A program made the translations under genes and the position numbers. The notes beneath the pieces are model-generated. The model saw only the letters and a list, made by a program, of their open reading frames with translations. It searched no databases and was not told where the DNA came from. A DNA stretch of 63,700 nt, the filler included, from Basidiobolus ranarum (lineage: Eukaryota), in NCBI GenBank assembly GCA_040143965.1. It is 16 parts of 16 records of this genome, joined end to end, with 100 filler letters (N's around TTAATTAATTAA, not from the genome) between each part and the next. Parts side by side here need not be neighbours in the genome. Positions count along the whole stretch, not along the records: positions 20,000 to 23,891 come from JASJQH010009105.1; positions 23,992 to 27,879 come from JASJQH010009106.1; positions 27,980 to 31,865 come from JASJQH010009107.1; positions 31,966 to 35,850 come from JASJQH010009108.1; 12 more parts are not named here. The stretch is one strand, 5' to 3'. Of the stretch, positions 23,867-35,950 are shown in pieces (within the stretch, counting starts at the first letter, position 1; each line of letters opens with the position of its first letter).

Positions 23867-26800
23867 GTACGAGTACTTTCTCACCATAGTTNNNNNNNNN
23901 NNNNNNNNNNNNNNNNNNNNNNNNNNNNNNNNNNNTTAATTAATTAANNNNNNNNNNNNNNNNNNNNNNNNNNNNNNNNNNNNNNNNNNNNCTGATATTG
24001 AATTCCTCATTCTCCCCAAAGTAGGGACACAGTTAGCGTAGAGTGGCTGAGGATTTACACACCTCCAATTTACAATTACTCCAGCACTTCATCTATTATA
24101 GTGACACGTTTCAGCCTCTGTTGGGGTGGCGGTTTTGTAGTAACATAGGTTAAGACCTCTTCGATCTGGTAGATCGATTTAAAATACACTTCAATTCTTC
24201 ATGAACATTTATTACTCGTATGCACGTCAAACACCGAAATTCACACTAGGTGTGAATTTCTCACGGCCTAACCTCTCATTGGATGTTTCCGGTAATTTTC
24301 CCGAACATATTGCAAGCAAAAAATGGGAATGCAGCAACTAGTCCCAAGCATACGATGGAAATAGCTCTTAATCTTACAGCTGTGGCACGCACCCTGGATG
24401 TTGGGTTGGAGATGCACTCAAAATGTTTTCTGTCTAGATCACAAATGGTGGGCAATATCCGTAGCGACAGCCCATTGGGATACACGAAAGGATCAGCCCT
24501 TTTAGTGGCGATAAACCTATTTGGAACAGGAAATTTGCCTAATGCTCATTTTGGGGATGAAATCAACTGTGGTTCACTGATTGGTCTCATGCTCCAAATA
24601 TGTCGACCTCCTTGGCCTGATGAAGCCATGGTAAGCATATCGGACATATACATCCACAAACCGTTTGCATCGGAAATGGGCGAGGGATCTATTGCTCACA
24701 AGGTTCAGCTATATCTGGATCACATGCCCGCTAACTTGTACATTGGTTTCAAATAAAAACGCACATTTGCTCTAAATACCCTTTTATGTACATTGGATAT
24801 TCCGAGTCAGGCAAACAGTTTTAAGCATTGTTAATTTGGCTGGTGATTCATGAAGATTTCCCTATTGATCACGCTCCACTGTCAAGAAAGGGCACGCGAA
24901 GTAATCATGAACTAGTGGACCCTTCCAATCCAGAATAATTAGGCACCATACCGGAAGAAAGGCCCATCAGCTACGTCAGGAATAGCATTAGTAAGGCTTC
25001 CTAATAAATACTCGGCAACGTGTCAATTGCTTAGTAAATGGTAATAAAGAAATACACAACACTTTGATTGTACTAGTTTGCGAACGATAGAATTTGAAGA
25101 TGACTTGGCGTTTGAGGGGAGTACAGTGCAAAGGTCGTAACAAACCCACTACTATGATCTTTAGCCATTGTCAGAAAACTAGAGTCGCAGCGTGTACAAT
25201 GAATCCATAGAAGATATTCTTTAGCCCATATCGCTCTACTTACCTACAGTATCCAAGTGTAACTCAATAGTATCTGATCGAGCGCGTGGGTGTAATTTTC
25301 CCAGGATAAAAACCTCTTTTCCTAGGGTTATAATGAATTCGTCATGTGACACTAGGTCATCGTTTCAGCGATGCTTGGAATCTAGCCAAACTTCAAACCA
25401 AGAGAAAGAGTGTGACTAAATCACATGAGGTGCATCCCATTGAGATCCAGAAAACTGACGAGTTAACCAACTAAGAAGTCATTGTCCTCTTGTTCCCAAT
25501 ATACCCAGAGTCGTGGCCACAAAAGGCTTTGGTTAGAAACGCATATTGAAGGGCGGAACAGGTTTCCACCCAAGGTCTTTCTCAGGTGCAACTTTGGCCG
25601 GTAAGACAACAAATCATATCGTTTGTAGGGCGCGTATGAATATCTGCCAGCTATAGAGAAAGCCTGGCGACATAAGTTCTAATAAGGCAAATTATCTGTT
25701 GTCGAACAATTAATCCCTACATGTAGAGAAATTTCTTTAGAAACAGCAGAATGTCTCTTGTACATAGATTTGACTAAGCATAAAATCCACATTCTTCCCA
25801 ATAGAATAGTTGTACTCCGAGTGAGAGTGGCGCGACTGCGCCAGATAATCTAGATTTATGTTGTGCGTTGTCATGCTAGCATTATCAAAAGACTCGATGG
25901 AATCTCACGAAACTGAAAGATTTGCCTCTAGCGTGGAAAATTAAGATTAATCGAACTTAATAATACTGACCAGACTTGGGTGAAGAGAGCCACGTTGGTT
26001 ACAATAATTCTGAAAAATATGGATTGACCTATAGTGTGATCATCAGTAACCACGCTAAAGAGAAAATTAACTCTGCTGATATTAACAAAAAACCGGTCTT
26101 TAGCTCCTTTTTTATTGCTCCTTATGCTAGTAATATATCGCAATGAAGCATCGGCTACCTTTAAGGTGCCCAGGTCTGGCATCAAATATTTATCCATTAC
26201 AAAGGCTATCCCACGTATTTACAGTAGTGACATGAACAGGCAGAAGAGCCCAGCAAGAGTTAGTAGAATCCTTAGGGATCATACTTACACGAACAAGTAG
26301 CTAGAGTAGATGTATGACTTGGATTCAATGTATATTTATGAACGTCTATCTTTTACTATCTCCAGGTTACTTCGTCTTGCAGCTTATTAAATGTAATTAT
26401 TAAATATTCACGTGATTGAATTGCTGATGGTAAGCTGCTTTGGAACTATAGAAGATTAACCAGATAACTACAACTCGTTGACACTCAACAGATTAATTAC
26501 CTAATCAGTAAAAATTAAGACAAATTAATCTCTTCAACTGCAATCTAGAGCTACAGTTTACAGAAACCTCCTTTGTTCTCGAGTATTAAGAGTGCTCACT
26601 ATGAACACATAAGAAAAAGTGAATATCCCACATGCTGCTTGCGTTGCCAAGTCTCGATAATTAAGCATGACAAGGTAATAGTCCCCATGTGTCCACACAA
26701 ATTATTTATAGGTTTTTATGTGTTAACAGTGTAACTAAATTCAATTCTGTTGAAATTTATTGATGTACTTAAAAGCACACTGCAATTACTCCAAACTCCC

Positions 26801-27149
26801 GGCTATAAAACTTCTTAACATCAGTCTTTAAAGCTATAGATACCCAAGAGAGATGGTAAAAGGTGAATATAGTAAATAAACACATCATGTATTCTTGACT
26901 TGGTAATATTCCATCCATGAAGGTCAAAGGGTTTCTGATGTACCCAATTAATCGCCAAATATGGCTAGTTCTTTTCTTAGAGATAAGAGTAATTTCTTAA
27001 GAACGCAGTGTCTACTCTTTATTTGAAATCATAAGATCCTTCTGCCAGAGAGGAACCAAAATTTGTTGCTAAAGTGGTTTTACCTATGATTACTAAATAT
27101 ACTTTGCTTTTCTAACTGACAATGTGATGGCTAAGCAAATAAGGAATAC

Positions 27150-27879
27150 TAGTCTTGAAAATGCCATGGCTTAAGTATCTATATAGTCATATAGCTAGCT
27201 GCCTAAATTCCACTATGTAGTTTTCAAACTCTTCAAGCGGAATTTACGCTCAATGTATTTGCCAACTCTGAAGTTCGAAGATTATACAATTCACTCAAAT
27301 TTTGTACTCTATATGTTAGCCCCAAACTTTCCACACATGTTTCTGGAGCAGTCCTTAACACATTGTACACGTTGGTCTGTCTACATCGTGACAAAAATAT
27401 AAATGTCAACTTTCTACTCCATAAATGAATAAGTGTAAACCACCAATTTCTGTAATTCTTGCAACCACTTCCAGCAGGCCCCCAAATACTTTAACATCCA
27501 CTACTTGACAAAAGTATAAATGTCAACTTGCACTCAAAAAATCAGTGAGTAAAAAGCATCAATCTTTTAGGTCTCCTTATCACTTCCAACATCTCACAAA
27601 ATTCTTCAATAATTACTAGTATACTCACTGGCCTGTAATTAGCATTGCTTAAACACCTATATAGTCGTATATAGCTTAGTATTTAGTTATTCGTATTGAG
27701 CTAAGGTATCACCTCAAGTGGAATGCTCTTAGAAGTTGGAAGATAAGTAGATTTCTCAAAGAAGGCCCAAACTTTGTACACATGTTCCTGGGACCTTCCT
27801 TAACACATTCAACATGTTTGTTTGTTTACTTCTTTACAAAACTTAAAATGTCAACTTTCTACTCAATCAAGCAATAAGT
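27150..27879 (+). mobile_element. Tandem copia LTR family A fragments (~27150-27496 and ~27634-27879)
   Basis: CCCAAACTTT..ACACATGTT..TGG..CCTTAACACATT..AATGTCAACTTTCTACTC motifs match the reverse complement of 9748-10095 and 11156-11505. Confidence 0.75.
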
Positions 27880-28949
27880 NNNNNNNNNNNNNNNNNNNNN
27901 NNNNNNNNNNNNNNNNNNNNNNNTTAATTAATTAANNNNNNNNNNNNNNNNNNNNNNNNNNNNNNNNNNNNNNNNNNNNATATATAAGCAGAGCAGATCT
28001 AACTAATATATGTCTTGGGAATAGCAGTGGGTTGCTATGTTATGGTAGAGAGTAGGTTTGCTAGGCAGCTAGGCTTGGTGTTCTGTAGATTTAGCATAAC
28101 CAAGTTGTAGGTAGAGCCACTCTATAACTACCAAAGGCCATATCCTTGCAGTATAGTAGGTGTCATATAACCATACTATCAAAAGTTGTGGTAAGTAGAA
28201 AATTAAAGCTGAATTTGCTTTCATGCCTTGTATATGAGCATCACATAGTGTGTCAATTGTTAAAAATATAGTTTTCTTTTTGGCTCTCTAACAAGGTTTT
28301 TCCCTACTTGATAAGAAGTCACTCTTGAATATGACACTTGCTGTTTCATCACAAATTTTCTAAATACAAAAAAGTATATTGCTTTCACATTTTGTATGAT
28401 TTTGTGGATTGATCTGTTCTAGGGAAATTGCAAAAAATATACTTATGTGGTTGCAAGAATGGTAGAATACTCATATTTATATGCCCAAACTACACTGGAG
28501 ATATATTTTTACAGATAGGCTATGCAAAATAATGTTGATTAAATATATGAGAATAACCTTCTAAAGTATTGAATCTATTAGGGATATGTAGCAAGTGAAA
28601 CCTATTTTCAACAAGCCTAACTATTCTATGGAAGGAGCTAAGTATGGCTTAAAGGATGGATGAAATTAGAAAGACATATTATGATTTTTGGAAAAAATGT
28701 AATGAATTAAGAAAACTAAGTCATTCAGTTCTAATTCATTATTTAATTATTATACAATAGGTACTTTACTTTTGATTTTGTTACATTCAATAAATCATGA
28801 ACTGTATGTGTGGATTCAGCAAACCTTCAAGAATAAAAACAGTATTTTTGAATGTTTTTATTTGGGATTCTTGCTTAACTTACCATAATTAATCACATTT
28901 CATTTCACAAAAATTAAAGTGCTAAAAACTAGTTCCAAACTTGCCGTTA

Positions 28950-30720
28950 ATGCACGCAACTCTATTTCCAACTAATATTTGACCAAAACGGAAGTCTTTA
29001 GACTTTCAAGAAAGAAATTTGACTTCTCTGCTCCAGGAATTTGACTTGAAGGTGTTGTTATTGGTTCCCTTACTGGTGCCAATGGGAAGGACATGTGGTA
29101 GATTAGATTTGACAACCTTCCTGATCACAGTATTACTTTTTCAGAGACTACTATTAGGTATGATGGTTCAAAAAGTTCCACAAGACAAACGCCCGTTCCA
29201 ACATTGGATTATTCTAACAAAGAAGCTCACAGCAGCAGCAAAGAAGAAGACGTTGTTGATAAAGCAACCCCTGCGGTCAGTAATGACTGGAAAATGGAGG
29301 CTATCACCATTGATGCTTGTGATATTGGCTTGTCTTACAAGCCATTGATTTCAGAGTACAACCTCTCAAACAAGGCAACCACCAACTATTTCTTGTTCTT
29401 TTTATGGATTATATCGGCAATGTTATTATTGCTAACATCAGTGCCCATGCATCTACTGTGGTTGCTAATTGGACTATATCAGAGTACATGACATGGATGG
29501 CTCTTCTGCTGACTATGACCGTAATGGTTTATGTCAATAAGAAGGCCTACTGGTACATTGGATTAAGCCTCTTCTTCACCAATATTGACTTTTCCGATTA
29601 TATGGAATGTAAAAGATTCTTTTTGATTCTTCAATACCATGTTTTTGAATTGTTTGATGCTGTAAAGAAACCCTGATCCCTTGTACCAGATTTGTGGTTT
29701 CTTAGCTGCATTCAACAAAACCTTTTCAAAAGCCCTTGAATCTGGCCAATATCTCTATGTAGATGAGAGTACAAACCAGTGGCTTGGCAGTGATATGGCT
29801 AATATTAAGAAGGTGCCTAGAAAGCCTCATCCCATTGGTCAGGAATTTGAAACTCTTGCCGATAATCATACTTACTGCATTTTGTAACTTGACACAGTAA
29901 GTGATAAGGTACAGAAAGAGTTTGATAATGTGGACAGAAATCTGATTGCAACTTTTAAGGATTTATGCAAACCTTGGTTCGCTAGCGGTAGAACAATTCT
30001 CGCTGATTCTTGGTTTGGTTCCCCTATGATGATAAGTAGATTGCAAGATCATGGATTTTATTCTATCATGCAGGTAGCCAAAAGATTATACTGACCAAAA
30101 GGAATGTCTTCTATGGACATTATTCAATGTCTCCAACCTCTAGTGTGGAAGTTCTGTTTTCATGCCAAAGCTAGATGAGTTTGGTTGTACCATTTTTGTC
30201 TTCTGGTACCGAGTTAAAAAGACAAAAGCCTTTGTGTCTTCTTGCAGTACCACTCCCCCCACTACACAGTCCTATCAAGGTGGTAATGGCCAAGTTCTGC
30301 ATTGTCCTCAGGTTTTTGAAGATTATGAAAGCCAAAAGAGTAGGTTATTGTAGATTTGTACATATACTTTGTGACATTACAGTTACTAACAACTGATATT
30401 TATTTGTTTCCCTTTCATAGGTAGCATAGATGTCAACAATAACCATAGTGATAACATGATATTGTTTCATGATGTCATGAGTACTTATCATTGGGAAGCT
30501 CGCTTTTTGTTGTTTGTGTTTGGTATTGCAGAAGCTAATGCTTTTAGTTGCTATAAGATCTGGGGGAATAATGCGGAAGGGATTCTCCATTCCGATCTCA
30601 AATGCAGGCTGGCTCACTCTTTACTGTTAAAAGTAAAGTATTTTGAGTGTCACTATGAAGTTTGCAAGATATTTCACCCACAATATGGTGAGTTGAGAAG
30701 ATAAATCCATTCAATCAACA
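28950..30720 (+). mobile_element. Degenerate piggyBac-type (DDE_Tnp_1_7) transposase with one intron (30340-30420)
   Basis: YLYVDESTNQWLG..KKVPRKPHPIGQEFETLAD, GRTILADSWFGS, PQVFEDYESQK/SSIDVNN, WEARFLLFVFGIAEANAF; several stops and frameshifts. Terminal repeats not identified. Confidence 0.85.
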
Positions 30721-31173
30721 GTATAGAACCCTTTATTGTGCAGAAATGAGGAAACACTCTTAGAGTTTGTTACCAGGAAGTTCAAGCAGTTTTGTGCTAT
30801 CTGTACATAGTAGTTTTTACATTGGGATTATAGGGCTCAAGTTTAAATTGGATCATGTTCTGGCCCTAGCCCCTGAGATGGCTTGTGAGATCAGTAAATG
30901 ATACAAATATTTGTTTGAACATTTTCATTAAAGCATACTCCAGTATTGTGGGCACTAACACTGCACTCTTAACTTCTTACTAAAATTGCTATCAGCTTCT
31001 TTTGAATTGATAGCTTGCTGATTTAGTTAACATATCAATATCAATATTAAAGCCCTTTGTAAATTTTTCATGGGATTTTTATTCAAAAGAATCATTGACC
31101 TGGAGGTTGGCTCTGAGTGCTCGGTGTAAAGTTAAGCTGTTATGATGATATAGATTCCACTCCAATCGGAGTT

Positions 31174-31248
31174 CTGTGCATAGCTCAGTTGGCAGAGTGG
31201 GAGACTGTAGTGTTATAGCAATCTCTAGGTCACTTGTTCAAATTCGGA
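31174..31248 (+). tRNA. tRNA-Tyr(GTA) pseudogene with ~10-nt intron
   Basis: TAGCTCAGTTGGCAGAG..GAGACT-GTA-G, intron TGTTATAGCA, ATCTCTAGGTC..GTTCAAAT. CpG transitions and part of the 3' T/acceptor stem is missing. Confidence 0.75.
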
Positions 31249-31470
31249 CATTTTTTGTGAAAATCAATCAGTAACTAGGCTGAGAATAAAGTATATTTTG
31301 CACTTAGGCTAAGTGGTGCAAACAATCAAGCCAATATACCAATACCGTAAGGTATCATTACCTCGTTTTGTTAGAAGATGCTCATCAATTCCATGCTTGA
31401 GACAAGACAAGATGAGGCTTCAAACAAAAAGGAATTACAGTAAACGATTAACATGATAAATAAAAAGACT

Positions 31471-31544
31471 CATTCCTGGGTGGGCTTAAACCACCAACCT
31501 CCTGATTAACAGTCAGATGCGCTAGCCAATTGCACCACAAGAGC
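31471..31544 (-). tRNA. tRNA-Asn(GTT), probably a pseudogene
   Basis: GCTCTTGTGGTGCAATTGGCTAGCGCATCTGACT-GTT-AATCAGGAGGTTGGTGGTTTAAGCCCACCCAGGAATG; T-loop TTCGA has become TTTAA. Confidence 0.8.
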
Positions 31545-31821
31545 TACTTGTTTCTGAGTACTGATCACAAAAAACATGTTCCTTAAAATTTACTAGAGAA
31601 TCTCCCCTTGTTATAATGAGTGATTTAAATCAAATCATCTGGTGCTTACTGAGTATACGGCTAAATCTTACAGAAAAATTATCTATACTAGTCAACTCAT
31701 ATACTGATATTCCCTTGTTATGTGGGATCTTTTGGATGCTATTCTTTTGGTAATATGCACAATTTGGATATGATAAGGATTAAGCCAAAAATAAAGTAAA
31801 AAAAGCATCTTGCTTGTACTA

Positions 31822-31865
31822 GCCATCTTAGCTCAGTTGGGAGAGTGTCAGTCTGAAGATCTGAA
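31822..31865 (+). tRNA. tRNA-Phe(GAA) 5' half, mutated and truncated by contig end
   Basis: GCCATCTTAGCTCAGTTGGGAGAGTGTCAGTCT-GAA-GATCTGAA. Confidence 0.75.
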
Positions 31866-31965
31866 NNNNNNNNNNNNNNNNNNNNNNNNNNNNNNNNNNN
31901 NNNNNNNNNTTAATTAATTAANNNNNNNNNNNNNNNNNNNNNNNNNNNNNNNNNNNNNNNNNNNN

Positions 31966-32385
31966 ATGATGGCGTTGTTCTGCGGTGTCACCATTCCATA
32001 TCCATCAATGCCAGCATTCTGGAAACATTGGATGTACTGGCTGAGTCCTTACCATTATTTTGCTGAGGCAGTGATCACAAATGATTTAAAAGGGGTGCTT
32101 GTTCAGTGCACGGACTCTGAGTTCTTTAAGTTCACTCCTCCACCAGGACAAACGTGTGGGGAATACGCAAGTGCTTTTCTTCAAGTAGCTCCAGGGTATT
32201 TGAAGGATACGAGTGCCACGGATATATGTAACTATTGCCAGTATAGATATGGAGAGGATTTCTATCATAACTTAGCGTGGAGTTTTGAACATAGGTGGAG
32301 AAATTTTGGTATATTATGTTTATTTTCGGTATTCAATCTATGTGCAGTAGTATTTTTCATTCATAAATACCGTGGTAATCGCTAA
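31966..32385 (+). CDS. PDR/ABCG transporter C-terminus (5'-truncated)
   Basis: LFCGVTIPY..MPAFWKHWMYWLSPYHY, PPPGQTCGEY, CNYCQY and WRNFGIL motifs. Confidence 0.93.
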   Translation: MMALFCGVTIPYPSMPAFWKHWMYWLSPYHYFAEAVITNDLKGVLVQCTDSEFFKFTPPPGQTCGEYASAFLQVAPGYLKDTSATDICNYCQYRYGEDFYHNLAWSFEHRWRNFGILCLFSVFNLCAVVFFIHKYRGNR

Positions 32386-33238
32386 TCATTTAGTGCCATT
32401 TGTTGCATCCTTCTTTCACATTTTAAAGAGTATCTAATCGTAGAATTCAAATAAACATGTCGTGTTTTGCAGTAATATCACAGGGTGACCTATAATTCCT
32501 TTATTAAATACACCATCGTGGTGGACCCATTACTATTGTTCCTGTGATATTAAAACTTATAGGTTGATTCCCACTTTACGAAAAAGCACTTGATGTTTTA
32601 GCCATATGGTTTTCTATATTTAACTTTATAACCATCCAAGAATGTCTTCCAACTTGACATTAGGTGAATTGAGAATTTTACTAGATTACCGAGTTTCGAT
32701 CAGTTTCAAATTATGCAATCTTTTAATTGGTAATATAATCTTCGTTTAGTGTTTTGGTGACACGTACATTCAAAGTGACGTATATGAAATCTCAATGGGT
32801 TCAGTTGTGAACACATTTGTAAGAACATGTGGGATACCAATAAATAGTACATCCAATAATGATTACTTACCTATTGGAGAATTATCATCAACATAAATGT
32901 TCCCTACGTAAGCCATAATAATATAATTCAAAACAAATGAGCAGTTGAAAAGTAAACAAATTGATCGAAAAGCATGAGTTCATATTAGGATTGAATTATT
33001 AAGTTACAGGTGTCAAACAAGAAGGTATTTGGAAGCCAATGATTTATTCTGATTACATACAATACATAGGACGAAAATAATGATATCTACAAGTGAGTTA
33101 ACAAGCTTGTAACCTACGAGTTGGGACGTCAATTAATGAATCCCCTGCGTGCTTGCTCTAGTCGAATTCTTGGATAATTCACCCGAGACAAACTAAACTC
33201 AAGCACCAGCCCTAACAAAGATCTCCACATGTGTAAAT

Positions 33239-34537
33239 CTAATGCTCCTCCAAAGCCCCAGGAATGTCCTTGAGATCGACATCAGTGAGGTCTTGAAGAG
33301 CTCCTCCAATGATCTGGATTCCTTCTCTGAGTTGTTCCTCGCTAATCACGAGTGGTGGTGCCAAACGAATGATATTCTCGTGTGTAGGTTTGGCCAAGAG
33401 TCCTCTCTCCTTCAAGAGGAGACATAAATGCCAGGCAGTCTTGGGGGCTGACTTCTCTTGATCAATCACGATGGCGTTTAACAAACCACGACCACGAACA
33501 CATGAGACAATGGGGGAGTTCAAGGCACGAAGTTCCTTACGGAAAATTTTACCAAGACGATCGGCACGCTCGACAAGTCCCTCCTCCTTGACAACCTCCA
33601 ATGCTGCCATGGCAACCGCACAACCAAGAGGGTTTCCACCATAGGTAGAACCATGCTCACCAGGCTTGATGCACAACATCACCTCCTTGTCAGCCAACAC
33701 TGCGGATACCGGGTAGACACCACCAGAGAGTGCCTTACCGAGTAATACCATGTCCGGGCGGACATTCTCATGATCAATAGCAAGCATAGCTCCAGTACGA
33801 GCAATACCAGTTTGGATCTCATCAGCGATGAAGAGGATATTGTGCTTCTTGCAAAGGTCGTAACATTTACGGAGATATCCCTCATCGGGAACCATGATAC
33901 CTGCTTCACCCTGGATTGGTTCGACAAGGAATGCGGCGATGTTCTCGGGTTGAGCCTCGATGGCTGCCTCCAAGTCTTCGTAGTTGTTGTAGCGGATCTC
34001 TCGACCAGTCTTCTGACAGAATGGTCCAACATTAGGAAGGTATGGCCCAAAGTCATTACGAGCATCAGGGTCGGTGGACATGGAGATGATTCCACAAGTA
34101 CGACCGTGGAAGTTGTTGCTGCATGAGAGAACGATGGCTTGATTGGTAGGGATCCCCTTCTTCATGTATCCCCATTTACGAGCAAGCTTGATTGCGGTCT
34201 CAACTGCTTCAGCTCCGGTGTTCATAGGGAGAACCATGTCGTATCCAAAGTACTCAGTGACATACTTGGCATATTCGCCAAACACATCGTTGTAGAAGGC
34301 GCGTGAACTGAGGCACACCTTTTGGGCTTGATCCACCAAGGCCTTGATGATCTTAGGGTGGCTGTGACCTTGATTGACTGCAGAGTAGGCTGAAAGGAAA
34401 TCGTAGTAACGCTTACCCTCGGGATCCCAAACGTACACTCCCTCAGCCTTGGAGAAGACCACAGGGAGTGGGTGATAGTTATGAGCACTGTGTTGGTGCT
34501 CAAGGTCGATAATTTGTTGGGAAGTGGAGATGGTCAT
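33239..34537 (-). CDS. CAR2: Ornithine aminotransferase, intronless, copy 1
   Basis: [51 protein letters not shown] and the PLP lysine in LGKALSGG. Confidence 0.96.
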   Translation of the reverse strand: MTISTSQQIIDLEHQHSAHNYHPLPVVFSKAEGVYVWDPEGKRYYDFLSAYSAVNQGHSHPKIIKALVDQAQKVCLSSRAFYNDVFGEYAKYVTEYFGYDMVLPMNTGAEAVETAIKLARKWGYMKKGIPTNQAIVLSCSNNFHGRTCGIISMSTDPDARNDFGPYLPNVGPFCQKTGREIRYNNYEDLEAAIEAQPENIAAFLVEPIQGEAGIMVPDEGYLRKCYDLCKKHNILFIADEIQTGIARTGAMLAIDHENVRPDMVLLGKALSGGVYPVSAVLADKEVMLCIKPGEHGSTYGGNPLGCAVAMAALEVVKEEGLVERADRLGKIFRKELRALNSPIVSCVRGRGLLNAIVIDQEKSAPKTAWHLCLLLKERGLLAKPTHENIIRLAPPLVISEEQLREGIQIIGGALQDLTDVDLKDIPGALEEH

Positions 34538-34906
34538 AACAGATCAGTGATTTTTAAAGATGGTTATGAATTTACATGGTATTTATAATTTTGAATTGGT
34601 AATTTTTGATATTCGTACTATTTTAGTGGTCGACCAATAATAACATGGGCTCTACAGCTCTCTTACATATCGAACTGGTCCCTATCGGTAAAGTTTTTAT
34701 TCCAGAACATCTACAATTTAATATGGTAATAAAAATGAAATTCCAATGTATTCCATTTTTTAACACCTCCATTGAATCATCGAAATCATGTTTACGGTAT
34801 TTATGTCACAGCATTTCAGAAGCGCATCGGACCTCTTTCGGACCTGGATTTCAGAGAGTCCGAATAGGATTACGATCTCTCGGGCCCAGCACTGTTGCCT
34901 CATACT

Positions 34907-34990
34907 CCCTGTTCTAGTATAGTACAGAAATATATTTAATCCCTGTTCTAGTATAGCATATCAATATATATAATTCCTGTTCTGGTATAG
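34907..34990 (+). repeat. Three direct repeats of CCTGTTCT(A/G)GTATAG with a 34-nt period
   Basis: Units begin at about 34907, 34941 and 34975, in the spacer between the two OAT starts. Confidence 0.85.
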
Positions 34991-35729
34991 TGTAGCCAAA
35001 CCATGGAGGGTTTTCAATTCCAAAAAAATTATCATTCGTAATTGCTGCCAAAACCACCGCTTGAAGTCAGTTTTATTCTTTGGAAACCGAACTAGATTGT
35101 TTGGGAATAAGTTAATTCATCATGTTGGTGTTACACCATCTAATTATTAAGCTTTTCCTATGATGCAACTTGAATATTGTTGCGGATTGAAGCTCCGTTT
35201 CTTACTTGCTCTCAGCCTAGAAACCTTCCTTCGATTCCTGAGGCTAATAAAGGAAAACCATGCTTCATTGCCACTGCCTAAAGACCTGTTTAAAGAGGGT
35301 ATTCTTCACTTTGGTTTTCTGTATCTGAAAGTTAGCACGAAATCTACCACGAAGCCCGCTACGGGTATCGTCATCCTGGGAATTTCGAAACTAGGGGCAC
35401 CTGTGGGAAGATTTGAATTTTACTTTAGAAATAGATACAAATATACAAATTGAATCTATCTAGAATCCAAGAAAATTGGCGCCGATATATTCTCAGTGAA
35501 TTCCATTTGAAACCTTACACATATATCTGTAAATGTAAGTTCCGAGTCCAGTGGTTCAAAAAAACCTGCGTACAATATCATATGATTAGGGTAGAATTTG
35601 CACCATTTTCGATTGACCAATAGGATAAAAATACCAAGATTGAGCACTGACTTGATATGGATGTTGCAAGTGTCAAAACACATATATATATCGACTGTAT
35701 CGAGTAGAATAGTTAATTGATCAACTAAT

Positions 35730-35850
35730 ATGACCATCTCTACTTCCCAACAAATCATCGACCTTGAGCACCAACACAGTGCTCATAACTATCACCCACT
35801 CCCTGTGGTCTTCTCCAAGGCTGAGGGAGTGTACGTTTGGGATCCCGAGG
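35730..35850 (+). CDS. CAR2: Ornithine aminotransferase copy 2, 5' end (divergent from copy 1; cut by contig end)
   Basis: ATG ACC ATC TCT ACT TCC CAA CAA ATC... encodes [40 protein letters not shown], identical in protein to copy 1. Missed by the ORF track. Confidence 0.9.
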
Positions 35851-35950
35851 NNNNNNNNNNNNNNNNNNNNNNNNNNNNNNNNNNNNNNNNNNNNTTAATT
35901 AATTAANNNNNNNNNNNNNNNNNNNNNNNNNNNNNNNNNNNNNNNNNNNN

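Noticed and set aside
24283-24756. 157-aa ORF
   Set aside because: No recognisable domain or splice context; probably a chance ORF.
34907-34990. Repeat-spacer pattern resembling a mini CRISPR array
   Set aside because: About 15-nt cores with related AT-rich spacers, three units only, eukaryotic context and no cas genes.
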